Virus genome (UHGV): UHGV-0371587
DNA from: a virus
DNA: 42,653 nt
Direction: 5' to 3' (one strand)
The notes under the pieces are model-generated. The model was not told the origin of the DNA and searched no databases. It was given only the letters and a program-made list of their open reading frames with translations. The translations under genes and the position numbers were made by a program. This document shows, one piece after another, positions 1 through 9,611 of this stretch (its first letter is position 1; each line of letters starts with the position of its first letter).

Positions 1-92
1 AGGTCTTTGTAATCAATGTAAGCTTTGTCGGTTAATTCTATTATATCTGACTGCGTACGGTCAAAAATAAGGAATTCTAAATACTTACTCAT
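1..92 (-). CDS. tail fibre/baseplate-associated protein, N-terminal part. ATG at 92. Continues in frame at 42653..42305 if the molecule is circular (146 aa in total).
   Basis: ATG at 92..90 overlaps the stop of the upstream 597-aa gene (ATGAGTAA). The frame stays open to position 1. Codon 2-1-42653 = CTC, and the frame matches the ORF at 42305..42653. Confidence 0.55.
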   Translation of the reverse strand, partial: MSKYLEFLIFDRTQSDIIELTDKAYIDYKD

Positions 93-1878
93 GTATTTTT
101 ACCTCTGCCTTAATTTCGTTGGGAGAAAAGCTATAATTGTAGCTCTCAATGATACCTGTGCGGTATCCATCGTAATCTGTATCAATCTTGACTTTCTGTC
201 CTAATTTTTTTGTTCCAATAAGAACATCTCCCACCACATTTTCTGCTCGCTGATAATATGCATATACGCGGTCAAGTACTTGCTGCGCATTACCACTATA
301 AACCAATGTTGCGTCTGTTACTTCACGGATATTTTTATTAAATACAATATCTGGATTTTCTTTAAGGATTGATGTGGTGAGATGGTTGTATCTCTTACCA
401 GTCAGTGTTACATTTCCACCAGTTCCAGTTATATAGGCATAGTTATCCCCATGCTGACCAATGATTCCACCAGCTATGTCCAGACTGTGATAAGGCTCGC
501 TAAAAATAATCTCTGCTGTTCCATTTAAAGTATCATTATATAATTCTTGCGCTTCATCAGATTTTTGATAAGTATGTACTGTCAGCCGGATTCCAGTAAC
601 AATATCAGAATGCTCTAATGTAACACCGGAAAACACTTCATCCGACAAGAATTCACCACTTAAAGCATTCTCCTGTGGATATATAACAATTCCATCGTAA
701 TTGCTTGTATCTGCAATAGCTCCAATAGCAAAGCATATGTATACTAATGCGTTTCTCTTTGTGGTATACGGTATGTATCCATAAAGCGGAATATCTGAAA
801 ATGATTCATCCAATAAATAATTAAAATCTTCATTCTCGAATATTTTTTCTAATACTTCAGAAACCGGCTGGCCTGTATATATTCCTCCAGCGAACTCATT
901 ACCATCCAATACACCCACTGCATCATGCGCGTCCATATGGTAATCTGTTTTGTTTTTTCTTGCGCCGTTTTTTAGATAAAAATTCCCTATCAACTCTCCA
1001 TTAAAATACAGTGTAAGCTTCTGCTTTTTTTGCAAATCAAATGGTATATTGGATGTTGTTCTGACGGTAAAATTTAAAGTGTTAATACTTATACTTTCTG
1101 ATATTGCATTGATTTCTTGCAGACAATTTCTTTCCAATAATTCGTTGTCTAAGAAATCCCTGTATATCCCGTAATCTATCCTTGTCACAAATACCGGCCT
1201 GATGGGTTTTGATGTCTGTAAAAATGTGATTTCCAGCTTGTTATATCCTCTCACATAATTATTACAAAAATATCGAACTGAATCCGGGCAAAACTCCATA
1301 TCTGACAATATGATATTATCCGAGTACCACTTAATTCTCATTCTGGTGCAATAATCGCCTGACATCATATTAAAAGTAAAAAGCAACCCTACACTTGTAA
1401 ATTTCTGATTAAATGTCACTGTTAACATGGGGGATTCAATCAACGTTTCAGTTGTTGATTTCGGGTATAAAAACATTCCTGGATACAAACCAATTTTAGG
1501 TTTAAGCCCCTGGCTCTGCTTAACATACCCAAACAATCCCTGCTCATTTGATACTTCCGGGCTTATGTATCCGTAAGGAAGCGGATTATCCGGAAAATTA
1601 ATATATTTTCCATTTAGCAATGAAAATCTTGGAAAACATAAAGCATATCCAGGATAAGAAATATCATCCCGCTTTAATTCCGGGAATTCTTGCTCTGTTA
1701 TCATCCCGTGCGGATGTAAACCAGGGCCTGGATGAAGCCCTAATCTCGGTCTTAATCCAGGTCTTGTAATGGATGCTGTACTATTTTCTTTGGCATAAGG
1801 GGCCAAGTCGTCATAAACAATCTTTAATCCCTCAGTGTTCTGTTCTGCGTCAGATAATATGGATTGCTTTAAAAACAC
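85..1878 (-). CDS. phage tail-tip/baseplate protein (Tal-like), 597 aa
   Basis: Large ORF downstream of the TMP and a Dit-like gene in the tail module. Confidence 0.55.
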   Translation of the reverse strand: MFLKQSILSDAEQNTEGLKIVYDDLAPYAKENSTASITRPGLRPRLGLHPGPGLHPHGMITEQEFPELKRDDISYPGYALCFPRFSLLNGKYINFPDNPLPYGYISPEVSNEQGLFGYVKQSQGLKPKIGLYPGMFLYPKSTTETLIESPMLTVTFNQKFTSVGLLFTFNMMSGDYCTRMRIKWYSDNIILSDMEFCPDSVRYFCNNYVRGYNKLEITFLQTSKPIRPVFVTRIDYGIYRDFLDNELLERNCLQEINAISESISINTLNFTVRTTSNIPFDLQKKQKLTLYFNGELIGNFYLKNGARKNKTDYHMDAHDAVGVLDGNEFAGGIYTGQPVSEVLEKIFENEDFNYLLDESFSDIPLYGYIPYTTKRNALVYICFAIGAIADTSNYDGIVIYPQENALSGEFLSDEVFSGVTLEHSDIVTGIRLTVHTYQKSDEAQELYNDTLNGTAEIIFSEPYHSLDIAGGIIGQHGDNYAYITGTGGNVTLTGKRYNHLTTSILKENPDIVFNKNIREVTDATLVYSGNAQQVLDRVYAYYQRAENVVGDVLIGTKKLGQKVKIDTDYDGYRTGIIESYNYSFSPNEIKAEVKIHE

Positions 1879-1879
1879 A

Positions 1880-2290
1880 TCACGGCCTCCTCTGCGGCTC
1901 CATAGCGGTAAAGGTAATAGATAACCCGGTCCAATGGTTACGCTGCCCTTCTTTTCCGTTCTTGTTGATTTTTATTTCATCATCCCCGCTTGTTATGTAT
2001 GCTTCAAATTCTTTGGTTTCCTGTCCATAAGGAAATACCATATTGTGAGACTCAACCGGGGCAGAGATAATTTCGTAGAACGTATCATAGTCAGCCGGAT
2101 TACTTCTTTCCGCATCAATATCAAGCGTATAATTGTAAAATGTACCAATGATATCCCGGTGCATCCGGTAAGACTGCAAACGTCCAGAATTTTCACTATC
2201 AGCAACTGAAAAATTCCGTTTTAAGGATTTTACCCATAGACGAAGATTAACTCCGTCTATGGTAAATACTCCGTTTCCATTCTGTGCCAT
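1880..2290 (-). CDS. putative distal tail protein (Dit-like, short form), 136 aa
   Basis: Lies immediately downstream of the TMP. N-terminal pattern FTIDGVNLRLWVKSL resembles Sipho_tail Dit N-domains. Confidence 0.4.
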   Translation of the reverse strand: MAQNGNGVFTIDGVNLRLWVKSLKRNFSVADSENSGRLQSYRMHRDIIGTFYNYTLDIDAERSNPADYDTFYEIISAPVESHNMVFPYGQETKEFEAYITSGDDEIKINKNGKEGQRNHWTGLSITFTAMEPQRRP

Positions 2291-4734
2291 TATGCACTCC
2301 CTTCTGTTACCATTCTTACACCTACACGATTCTTTTCGTTATTTCCAAATTTAACTACAAGCTGACCGAATCTTGTACCATCAAGGATTAATTCAGCTTT
2401 TGCAATCTGATTTCCACCAGATATATTGCTTTCTGCCAGTGCTTCTTTAAGGGCTTGCTTCATAGTTGATAGTGGGGATACCACTTCCGTTTCACGGTTG
2501 TTGTCTCCCAAAATAGCCGCAAACATTCCGGCCCGTGGTGGCACTACTGTACCAGTTGCAAGCATTGGCATTTTGTATGGGACCGCTGCATAAGCAGAAA
2601 TTGGGTAGGCATTTCTTCCCCCATATCCGGAAGATGCAGCACGTTTACCAGCATTAATAGCAATGGTAGCAGCGGCTATTCCTGCGGCCAATGAAGCTGC
2701 TACAACACCGGCTCCTACTCCACCAGCCAATGCGCCCAAAGCCACCGCTAAAATTCCTACTGCCGAAGCCGCTGCAAGTATACTTGCTATGACTTTTTCT
2801 GTTGGTGACATGTTATTCCAGTTTTTTGCCAGCACAGCAATCAGCGATATTATACCTGATATAGCAAGGACAAGTGGATTTATATTTGATACAGTTCTTG
2901 CTAAAAGTGAAATAACACGTTCTCCGATTGCCATGAATCCTCCAAGGTTACTTATTAATTGTCCTATCCCCAATACAAATTCTGAAAACTTCCATGCTGC
3001 AAAAAATGCCAGTACTGCAAGTGTAATATTTTCCACCAATGTCTGGTTTTGACTTATCCAGTCCGAAAATCTAGTAAGCCATTCCACAATTTTTTCTAAT
3101 GCAGCTATGATAACTCCCCCGGTCCACTCTCCTAATGGCTGTAAAAATTCTTCCCATAACCATATTCCAAAAGGCTTAAGTGCATCAATCACACTATGTA
3201 TTGCTTTTAATGCTGCCGCAATTAAATCAAATACTGCCGGCAATGCTTGTTCTATTCCCCATTTTGCAATTGGAAGCAATACATTGTTAAGAAACCACAA
3301 TAGTAAATTTCCAACATCTGATACAATGGGTTTTATAGCAACTAACACCCTGTCAAAACTTTCCAGCAAAGGAGTAAAATCTAAATCCGCAGACCATTCT
3401 TTTAAACTTTCTGATGCCTGACGGAAAAATCCTGTTATTTCAAGAATGATATCCCCCAAGTGTCTTAAAATGTTTGTCCCGGTATCGCCAGATACCCATG
3501 CCTTATCAAAGTTGGTGACTAAATTTCCGACTGTATCAACCAGATTTGAAAATGTGATTAGTAAATCATCTGTAATTGCTTTCCCATATCCCTCTACGTT
3601 CCACACTTGCATGAATGATGCACCTACATCACTTGCAAGTTGCTTGATAGCAGAAAATGTATTTTGCAGTGAATTCATTACCTGCGGGCCATTTTCAAAC
3701 CACGATTCCTTAAGTGGGTCGAACAGTTTTCCCAGAGTATCCTTTATTGCTTCTGCCTGCAACTTAATGTCATTGGATACTTCTTCAGTGATAAACATAT
3801 CTTCCGGTTTAAGTTCGTTCTTATCTTCCTTCTTTTTCTTGCCGGTTGTTATCTGTATCAGCTTATCAAATGGTGCTAATGCCTTTTCTGTTTCTTTGGC
3901 TGCATCTTTGGTTTCATCGTTCGTCTTGTCCAGGCTATCAGCATAATCTTGCTGTACCTTAACCGCCTTAACAAATGTATCCTTTCCGGTTAATGCTGCC
4001 AATAGTTGCGCCGTCCAGGTGACGGCCTGGGATAGTAAATTGATAAACTGAGTCAGGGCCGGAGCTACATACTCAACCAACGGGGAAAAGGCTGTGGCGA
4101 AAGAGTTTTTAAGCCGAGTCATACCAGACATCAGTATGGATAATGCCTTATTGGTATCATCCGAATACTGGGCCAGATTATCAATACCTTCTTTTAATCC
4201 GCCTGTTACTGCGGAAATGGCGCGGAATACAGTGCTAAATAAGATAGATGTTGCAAGCATTCGGCCCAATCCCATTCGTGCACCGCGGGCGGCTTTCTCA
4301 GTACCTTTTAAAGATTTATTGAGCTTACTTCCACTTTTGCTTGCTTTCTTTTGTTCATTATCAACACCGAGCAATTTTTTCTTATAATCCTGCATTGCTT
4401 TTTTCGCCCGCTGCAATCCTGCTAATGCTTTGTCGTATGGTGCATCTCCAAGTCCATAACCAGCCTTTTCAGCGTAATACAATGCATCTTTATACCGGTC
4501 CACTTCATCTTGCAAATTGCGTACACTCGGTGTAAGATTTTGTATAGATTTTGAAGCAGATGAAAATGTATGTTTCATTATGCTTGGTATATCTTTAAAG
4601 GCCTGGGGCAGAAGCTTTATGTAATCCATCGTTCCAGACAGGGTTCTTTTAATATCTTCGCTCCCCGTTTTTGCACCATCAGTATTGATTTTTGTATTTA
4701 TTAATACTGTTCCATCTGGCTGCAAAAACATCAC
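2290..4734 (-). CDS. tail tape measure protein, 814 aa
   Basis: Size, coiled-coil-rich sequence, C-terminal Gly/Ala-rich hydrophobic segment, and position after the chaperone pair. Confidence 0.85.
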   Translation of the reverse strand: MMFLQPDGTVLINTKINTDGAKTGSEDIKRTLSGTMDYIKLLPQAFKDIPSIMKHTFSSASKSIQNLTPSVRNLQDEVDRYKDALYYAEKAGYGLGDAPYDKALAGLQRAKKAMQDYKKKLLGVDNEQKKASKSGSKLNKSLKGTEKAARGARMGLGRMLATSILFSTVFRAISAVTGGLKEGIDNLAQYSDDTNKALSILMSGMTRLKNSFATAFSPLVEYVAPALTQFINLLSQAVTWTAQLLAALTGKDTFVKAVKVQQDYADSLDKTNDETKDAAKETEKALAPFDKLIQITTGKKKKEDKNELKPEDMFITEEVSNDIKLQAEAIKDTLGKLFDPLKESWFENGPQVMNSLQNTFSAIKQLASDVGASFMQVWNVEGYGKAITDDLLITFSNLVDTVGNLVTNFDKAWVSGDTGTNILRHLGDIILEITGFFRQASESLKEWSADLDFTPLLESFDRVLVAIKPIVSDVGNLLLWFLNNVLLPIAKWGIEQALPAVFDLIAAALKAIHSVIDALKPFGIWLWEEFLQPLGEWTGGVIIAALEKIVEWLTRFSDWISQNQTLVENITLAVLAFFAAWKFSEFVLGIGQLISNLGGFMAIGERVISLLARTVSNINPLVLAISGIISLIAVLAKNWNNMSPTEKVIASILAAASAVGILAVALGALAGGVGAGVVAASLAAGIAAATIAINAGKRAASSGYGGRNAYPISAYAAVPYKMPMLATGTVVPPRAGMFAAILGDNNRETEVVSPLSTMKQALKEALAESNISGGNQIAKAELILDGTRFGQLVVKFGNNEKNRVGVRMVTEGSA

Positions 4735-4735
4735 C

Positions 4736-5293
4736 TCACTTTAGCAACTCAGAAAAATACTCATACTCCTCTTTTGACTTATCTTTTGTTCCTTCAAGTT
4801 CACATAGTTTTTTGTTATTATTCAAAAATTCCTGTTCCCATTTCTCCAGACGTTTTCCTTTTGTTAGCTTCTGACGGATGGAAAGAACCTGCGAAAACAA
4901 TCCATCTCCAATTTCCATAAACCATCCATAAAAAGTCCACCAATGGATAATTTGACATCCGCGCGTCTCAAATCCTGCAATCCGGTTTACAGCCGGGAAA
5001 ATGATTCCTGCGTCCTGTTCCCAGTCAATCACACGGGGAGATGGAGTATCTTCATGCGCTACACCACAGTCAATAAACCATAATGCTTTTTCTGCCGCTT
5101 CTGCTAAGTCCTGAGGAGGCGGTATAACAGGCCAGTATAAGATTTCAATCATTGCCTGTGTTTTCTCTGGGTCAGATAATTCTTCATCGGCAAACGCTGA
5201 TAAAATATCCAGTACCGCCCGAAAATCCTCTCGGATTTCATAATTTATTCCATTAACAGAGAGAGAATATGGGAGGGACCATGCCGCACTCAT
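4736..5293 (-). CDS. tail assembly chaperone (T-like), 185 aa
   Basis: Lies between the G-like gene and the TMP. Its start overlaps the upstream stop (ATGA) and it sits in the -1 frame relative to the G-like gene. Confidence 0.5.
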   Translation of the reverse strand: MSAAWSLPYSLSVNGINYEIREDFRAVLDILSAFADEELSDPEKTQAMIEILYWPVIPPPQDLAEAAEKALWFIDCGVAHEDTPSPRVIDWEQDAGIIFPAVNRIAGFETRGCQIIHWWTFYGWFMEIGDGLFSQVLSIRQKLTKGKRLEKWEQEFLNNNKKLCELEGTKDKSKEEYEYFSELLK

Positions 5294-5760
5294 TTTACAG
5301 GAAATGGATATTTACCAGGGCCAGCATTATACTGTTGTGTATATTTTCCGGCTTTACTTTCCATTTCCGTGAAATTTTTACCCGTTTCCTGCTCTATAAT
5401 TTTTTTAACACTCTCAAGTATCACCAGCGCCCAAGGGTCGCCGTTTTCCATAGGGGTAAATGGACTAGCAATTTTGAAGAAGCCAGAAGTGTCTGCGTTA
5501 AATAGATAATCAAATTTTTCCTGGAGAGACTTAGCATATTTATTAATTATTTCTAACGACAGTTCTTCCTTCTTCTTATTATCAAGAGTTGTTTTTAATT
5601 CCCTCCACATATCCTCAAATGCTTTATACACATTCTGCTGCCGTTCGAATATGTCAAGGTCTGACGGTACAAATTTCAGAGTTGCCAGTATATCTCCATG
5701 CTGGTCCGTAAAATCGTAGTATTTAACCGGGCTTTCAATATTTATTGTAATGTTAGGCAT
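5290..5760 (-). CDS. tail assembly chaperone (G-like), 156 aa
   Basis: Lies between the major tail gene and the T-like/TMP genes. Confidence 0.5.
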   Translation of the reverse strand: MPNITINIESPVKYYDFTDQHGDILATLKFVPSDLDIFERQQNVYKAFEDMWRELKTTLDNKKKEELSLEIINKYAKSLQEKFDYLFNADTSGFFKIASPFTPMENGDPWALVILESVKKIIEQETGKNFTEMESKAGKYTQQYNAGPGKYPFPVK

Positions 5761-5771
5761 GATTAATCTCC

Positions 5772-6308
5772 TTAGTCGGACAACGAAGCAGGACTTGTTC
5801 CATCAGCCGTAAAAGTCATTGTTTTTGGGTCTACAGCGCCAAGAGTCCTGTCGCCTACATAGTGTACTGTATGAGCTGCGGAAACACCTTTCAGGCCGCC
5901 TGCAAAATCTCCCAACTCAACAACACCCTCCTGCACCCATGCACGCATCTTTCCCGTGTCGTCGGTTTTGTATCGCTTTACACAGAGATATTTCAATCGC
6001 AAATCTGACAGAGTTGCTCTTTCCTCCATGAGCGTATCTATCTTCTGGGCGTATTTACTCTCACCCGATACATTGGTTGGGTCAACTGTCATGCTTTCCG
6101 AATAGCCGGTGATATCATAATTATTATTTCCAAGCACATCCTGGCTTTCTTCCGTATCTGGATTCATCGAAATTGGCATATCCTCAACGCCTTTTCCAAT
6201 AATCTCAAGTTTATCTTTTGTGATATTTGTGGCGTTTCCATCCGTTATCCAAAAGACCATAAAATCTTTTCTTTTTGCCTCTCCATCGGCATAAGTCCAT
6301 GTTGCCAC
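5772..6308 (-). CDS. major tail protein (GTG start, about 178 aa)
   Basis: RBS GAAAGGAG lies 7 nt before the GTG at 6308. The longer ATG version (to 6344) would overlap the conserved motif and hairpin. Position is upstream of the chaperones and TMP. Confidence 0.7.
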   Translation of the reverse strand: MATWTYADGEAKRKDFMVFWITDGNATNITKDKLEIIGKGVEDMPISMNPDTEESQDVLGNNNYDITGYSESMTVDPTNVSGESKYAQKIDTLMEERATLSDLRLKYLCVKRYKTDDTGKMRAWVQEGVVELGDFAGGLKGVSAAHTVHYVGDRTLGAVDPKTMTFTADGTSPASLSD

Positions 6309-6333
6309 TGTTTTTCTCCTTTCAAATAAAAAT

Positions 6334-6374
6334 AGAGCCATCACACAAGGCTCTGCGTCTTAGCGTCTGGCTCT
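6334..6374 (-). promoter_or_regulatory. conserved motif copy 1: AGAGCC-AGACGC-UA-AGACGC-AGAGCC followed by a hairpin (AGAGCC/GGCUCU) and a U-rich tract, immediately upstream of the major tail gene RBS
   Basis: Read directly from the sequence. It overlaps the stop codon of the upstream gene. The same architecture recurs at 11677..11766. Confidence 0.5.
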
Positions 6375-6888
6375 ACCATCTTTCAAAATCATATTTATAT
6401 TCTATCGATACTGGAAGTATCCAATCCTGCACACCATTTTCTTGAGGTTCCAGGCCATATGAATTATCACGGGTAATTTTGGTTATCTTTCTTCCCTGGG
6501 ATAATATAGGATATTCTGATAATCGTTGCTCATTCCCACCAATCACAACCGGCTCACGACACAGCCATTTACCAAACGTATCAAGAAATTCTTGTATGCT
6601 TATTTTCTGCCGTTCTTTTGTAGAAGATGTGCGGTATACAATATAAAAGGGATACTGGCAGGTCTGGTGAACTCCTCCAATCACATCCTCTGTTTCAGAA
6701 AATATTAAAGCTCCGTTATCTGCCGAAAATGCAATTCCGCAATCTTTTTCTAGTTCTTCAAATTTAACAGCTTCATATTCATATAAACCTGGGAATTGAT
6801 TAAGCAAGGCCTTGACAGCTGTCGTTAATACATCATAACCGCTTGCATCTTTCCCGATTGGTTTTCGTTCATCATCCACGTTTTCCAC
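6373..6888 (-). CDS. head-tail joining/neck protein (tail terminator position), 171 aa
   Basis: One of four genes between the connector and the major tail gene. Confidence 0.5.
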   Translation of the reverse strand: MENVDDERKPIGKDASGYDVLTTAVKALLNQFPGLYEYEAVKFEELEKDCGIAFSADNGALIFSETEDVIGGVHQTCQYPFYIVYRTSSTKERQKISIQEFLDTFGKWLCREPVVIGGNEQRLSEYPILSQGRKITKITRDNSYGLEPQENGVQDWILPVSIEYKYDFERW

Positions 6889-7363
6889 CTCCAGCCGTTT
6901 TCTTGACTTGCTTTATCCACTCTTTATCATCTGATTTTTTTGCTGCATCAAACCATTTAGCCTGTGCCTTAGGGTGCGCTGTTTTGGTATACTGTAAATC
7001 CTCTTTTGCTTTGGTTTTTCCGCTATACTGGCTAACCAGCACTTTCTTTTCGCCTTTTTTTGCCCATGTACTGCCCGTCACTGGGCTAACCATAGTTTTA
7101 CCCCAATATAAAAAATGACCAGCAGGTCCATAGGCAGCATATACTTTTCCAATTCCTTGTATTGCAGCGCTTGCGGCTCTGGTAACATCCACAAAATTGC
7201 CTGTAATCATAGGCATAAAAGTGACCATACTATTCATGACATTTCCGTCAAGCTCATACTGCGCACGCTGGAATTGTTTATCAAACCGTGACAAATTGAA
7301 CTGTACTTTGATGTCAGCATCAATAATGGAAAAGCCTTTAAAATGTGTCGATTTACTTGTCAT
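6872..7363 (-). CDS. head-tail joining/neck protein, about 163 aa
   Basis: Synteny only. Start set at the internal Met at 7363, directly after the upstream stop. Confidence 0.5.
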   Translation of the reverse strand: MTSKSTHFKGFSIIDADIKVQFNLSRFDKQFQRAQYELDGNVMNSMVTFMPMITGNFVDVTRAASAAIQGIGKVYAAYGPAGHFLYWGKTMVSPVTGSTWAKKGEKKVLVSQYSGKTKAKEDLQYTKTAHPKAQAKWFDAAKKSDDKEWIKQVKKTAGGGKRG

Positions 7364-7364
7364 A

Positions 7365-7841
7365 CTACTTACCCAATATCTCAAAGTGAGGAATCACAGA
7401 GTATGGACCTCCAACAGAGGATACCAAATATACGAAGTCATACTGATTATTCATATAGGCATAAAACCCGCCACGATAATCTTCATCGTTTACCGAACCA
7501 CTATCCCATACCCCTTCCCAGAAAAAACAATCATCCGATGCATCAAAGGTAATGGTATCGTCCAACAAATCATTTACCTGCCGCCTCCATTTCTTCGGAG
7601 GGAGCCACGGCAATTCTTTACCGTCTACATTGCGGATTATCTGTTTACCGTCTTGTAATTCGTAAACTATGTGTAATTCGGCATTATCCGTGCTGTCTGG
7701 CCCATACTTTTTTAGTATTGCGCCTTTGTCAGTATTAAGGTCAACGCCAGATAATACATGGGGATACCAAATACCAACACCTGTTGTGGATGATTCGTAG
7801 TAATTAAAAACTGTCACTGTGGCATTGTACATATTCACCAC
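7365..7841 (-). CDS. head-tail joining/neck protein, 158 aa
   Basis: Synteny only. Confidence 0.5.
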   Translation of the reverse strand: MVNMYNATVTVFNYYESSTTGVGIWYPHVLSGVDLNTDKGAILKKYGPDSTDNAELHIVYELQDGKQIIRNVDGKELPWLPPKKWRRQVNDLLDDTITFDASDDCFFWEGVWDSGSVNDEDYRGGFYAYMNNQYDFVYLVSSVGGPYSVIPHFEILGK

Positions 7842-7844
7842 CTG

Positions 7845-8207
7845 TTATCGTTTCTTTTTTCTTTGTTCAACTTTTGATGCTTCATCCAATATTCTAGATG
7901 AGTCAAATATGTGACGTTTTTCAATAATTTGAGAAGCATTAGATACTTTTAATAATACTTCTTTTAGCTGTTTACCTATTTCTTGCAAAGATTCAATTTC
8001 ATTTTGATATTTTTTTTGAGCGCTGGGATACTTCTTTATCCTTTCATTAGCTAAATCAATATTTCTATTGATAGTATCAATAGCATTATTTCTGATTTGT
8101 TCGGCCCATTTAACTTGCTTTTCTGAACCCTTTAAAGTTGGCAATCCTTTGAAAGAAATTTTCTGGTTTTTAGCAGATAATCCACTCGCCCCACCTCTAC
8201 CACCCAT
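7845..8207 (-). CDS. head closure/neck protein candidate (about 120 aa, GGRGG N-terminus, coiled coil)
   Basis: RBS GAGGTG precedes an ATG that overlaps the DUF4417 stop (AATGGGTGGTAG). Confidence 0.5.
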   Translation of the reverse strand: MGGRGGASGLSAKNQKISFKGLPTLKGSEKQVKWAEQIRNNAIDTINRNIDLANERIKKYPSAQKKYQNEIESLQEIGKQLKEVLLKVSNASQIIEKRHIFDSSRILDEASKVEQRKKKR

Positions 8208-8838
8208 TGCACAACACCTCATTAAACTTTTCTGTAAACGCTCGTACCCTCACGATATTCCCCATGCACTCATCTGGCACATAACCATAAAAGATAATCG
8301 TGTCCGGGCAAATGCGCCGTACCATTTCCTTGTAGCCTATCAGAAACAATTCTTTCTTTTCTTTGCTGTTCATCACGCCTAAAGACGATACCGCCACAAC
8401 ACCACCCTGTGGCTCTCCGTCAAAGCACCATTCAAAGCTGTCGGGCGTACTCCATGAAATCGTGGGAATAACTTGTATCCCTGCCTCTTGCAGATATGCG
8501 CCTACCCAATGTTTTCTATAATGATTGTATATCTGGATAGCTTTTGGAAAGTCTGTGTAGGTGGAAAAGTCTGGAGACATTACATAACGGAATTTTTGTA
8601 ACATGGGTATGTATCGGTCAACATCCGTCCATAACCTATTGAATTGGTAATCATCAAGGAAGAAATGTACACCTTTCTTTTCAGGCTCTTTACAAGTCTT
8701 GGCATAGTTGAAACCAATCCAGTCACATCCTCCTTCGTAGGTTACTGGCTCTATCTGCGGTATGCCGTATTCTCCCACGCCGTCAAATATCTGTCGCTCC
8801 AGATTTTCATAATTTCTGCGGTTTCGGTAGTTATTCAT
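8197..8838 (-). CDS. DUF4417 family protein, 213 aa
   Basis: Pattern VHFFLDDYQFNRLW...MSPDFS.Y.DFP...QIYN..R..W.G...Q..GIQVIPTISW matches DUF4417 as recalled from memory. Confidence 0.55.
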   Translation of the reverse strand: MNNYRNRRNYENLERQIFDGVGEYGIPQIEPVTYEGGCDWIGFNYAKTCKEPEKKGVHFFLDDYQFNRLWTDVDRYIPMLQKFRYVMSPDFSTYTDFPKAIQIYNHYRKHWVGAYLQEAGIQVIPTISWSTPDSFEWCFDGEPQGGVVAVSSLGVMNSKEKKELFLIGYKEMVRRICPDTIIFYGYVPDECMGNIVRVRAFTEKFNEVLCNGW

Positions 8839-9104
8839 TTATTGGCCTGCTTATACATCTGATTAACCCCCGTAGCCGCCAGACCAGACACAGCGCCGAC
8901 CGCCACAGCCGTGATATAGTCTGATGCCGGGAAGTCTGGTATAGTACTCATACCAAGCGCGCCGAGAACACCGCCTACAACAGCCATAATGACCGGAATC
9001 CATTCGTCCGGTATCTTCTTTGCCGCTTTGCACCCAAGACCAACCACATAGCTCAGAGCCACAATAGCCACACATGTTCCTAATGTCGTTATGTCCATAT
9101 TCAC
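8835..9104 (-). CDS. holin-like small membrane protein, 89 aa with 2-3 TM helices
   Basis: Hydrophobic helices, a KKIPDEWIPVIMAVVGGVLG motif resembling Clostridial/Bacillus phage holins, and a charged C-terminus. Confidence 0.5.
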   Translation of the reverse strand: MNMDITTLGTCVAIVALSYVVGLGCKAAKKIPDEWIPVIMAVVGGVLGALGMSTIPDFPASDYITAVAVGAVSGLAATGVNQMYKQANK

Positions 9105-9598
9105 CCCATTCCGGCGTACAGCAATGGAACGCCATTATTATCTCTTACTCCCATCAGATACACCTTTGCAGTATCATACAGGAGCTTATTGGTTGCCTGT
9201 TCATCCCCTGCCGAAGAGTATACAGTACTCCAGGCTTTAGCTCCGTTAGCTATTTCAGAAGGGGATGCATAGCTGATTGATTCGGAACCGGATGACTTTG
9301 ACGTGATAACGCCTGTGGTTGCGCCTACGGTGCCGCTGGTTACGCTTCCAGCAGCGGCAGATAGCGCCTGTTTTTCTGCCAGTTCCAAACCATACAGTTT
9401 ATCAGCTAAGGCACATACGGCTTTCTTGATTTTGGTCTGCGCTCGTTCATTTTCTGGGAGGCCGTCAACCCATCGTTCAAATGTCATCCTGTCAAGAAAG
9501 TCGCTTGCCCGTTCTGCCTGTTTATCAAATGATTGGGAATCAGGTATGGCACTGCCGTAGTATTTTGTTGTGTAAAATTCATAGTCTGCATATGCCAT
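9101..9598 (-). CDS. putative head-tail connector/adaptor protein, 165 aa
   Basis: First sizeable gene after the capsid gene, with a Ser/Thr/Gly-rich linker. Assignment is by synteny. Confidence 0.45.
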   Translation of the reverse strand: MAYADYEFYTTKYYGSAIPDSQSFDKQAERASDFLDRMTFERWVDGLPENERAQTKIKKAVCALADKLYGLELAEKQALSAAAGSVTSGTVGATTGVITSKSSGSESISYASPSEIANGAKAWSTVYSSAGDEQATNKLLYDTAKVYLMGVRDNNGVPLLYAGMG

Positions 9599-9611
9599 AT
9601 TGATTCCTCAC

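Noticed and set aside
2663-3946. Plus-strand ORFs (129, 104 and 166 aa) inside the tape measure gene
   Set aside because: They lie entirely within a well-supported minus-strand gene, have low-complexity translations mirroring the TMP Ala/Ser-rich composition, and have no RBS.
4736-5760. Programmed -1 frameshift joining the two tail chaperone genes
   Set aside because: The T-like gene is in the -1 frame, but its frame has a stop 7 codons upstream of its ATG and no XXXYYYZ slippery heptamer lies in that window. The genes appear translationally coupled by an ATGA overlap instead.
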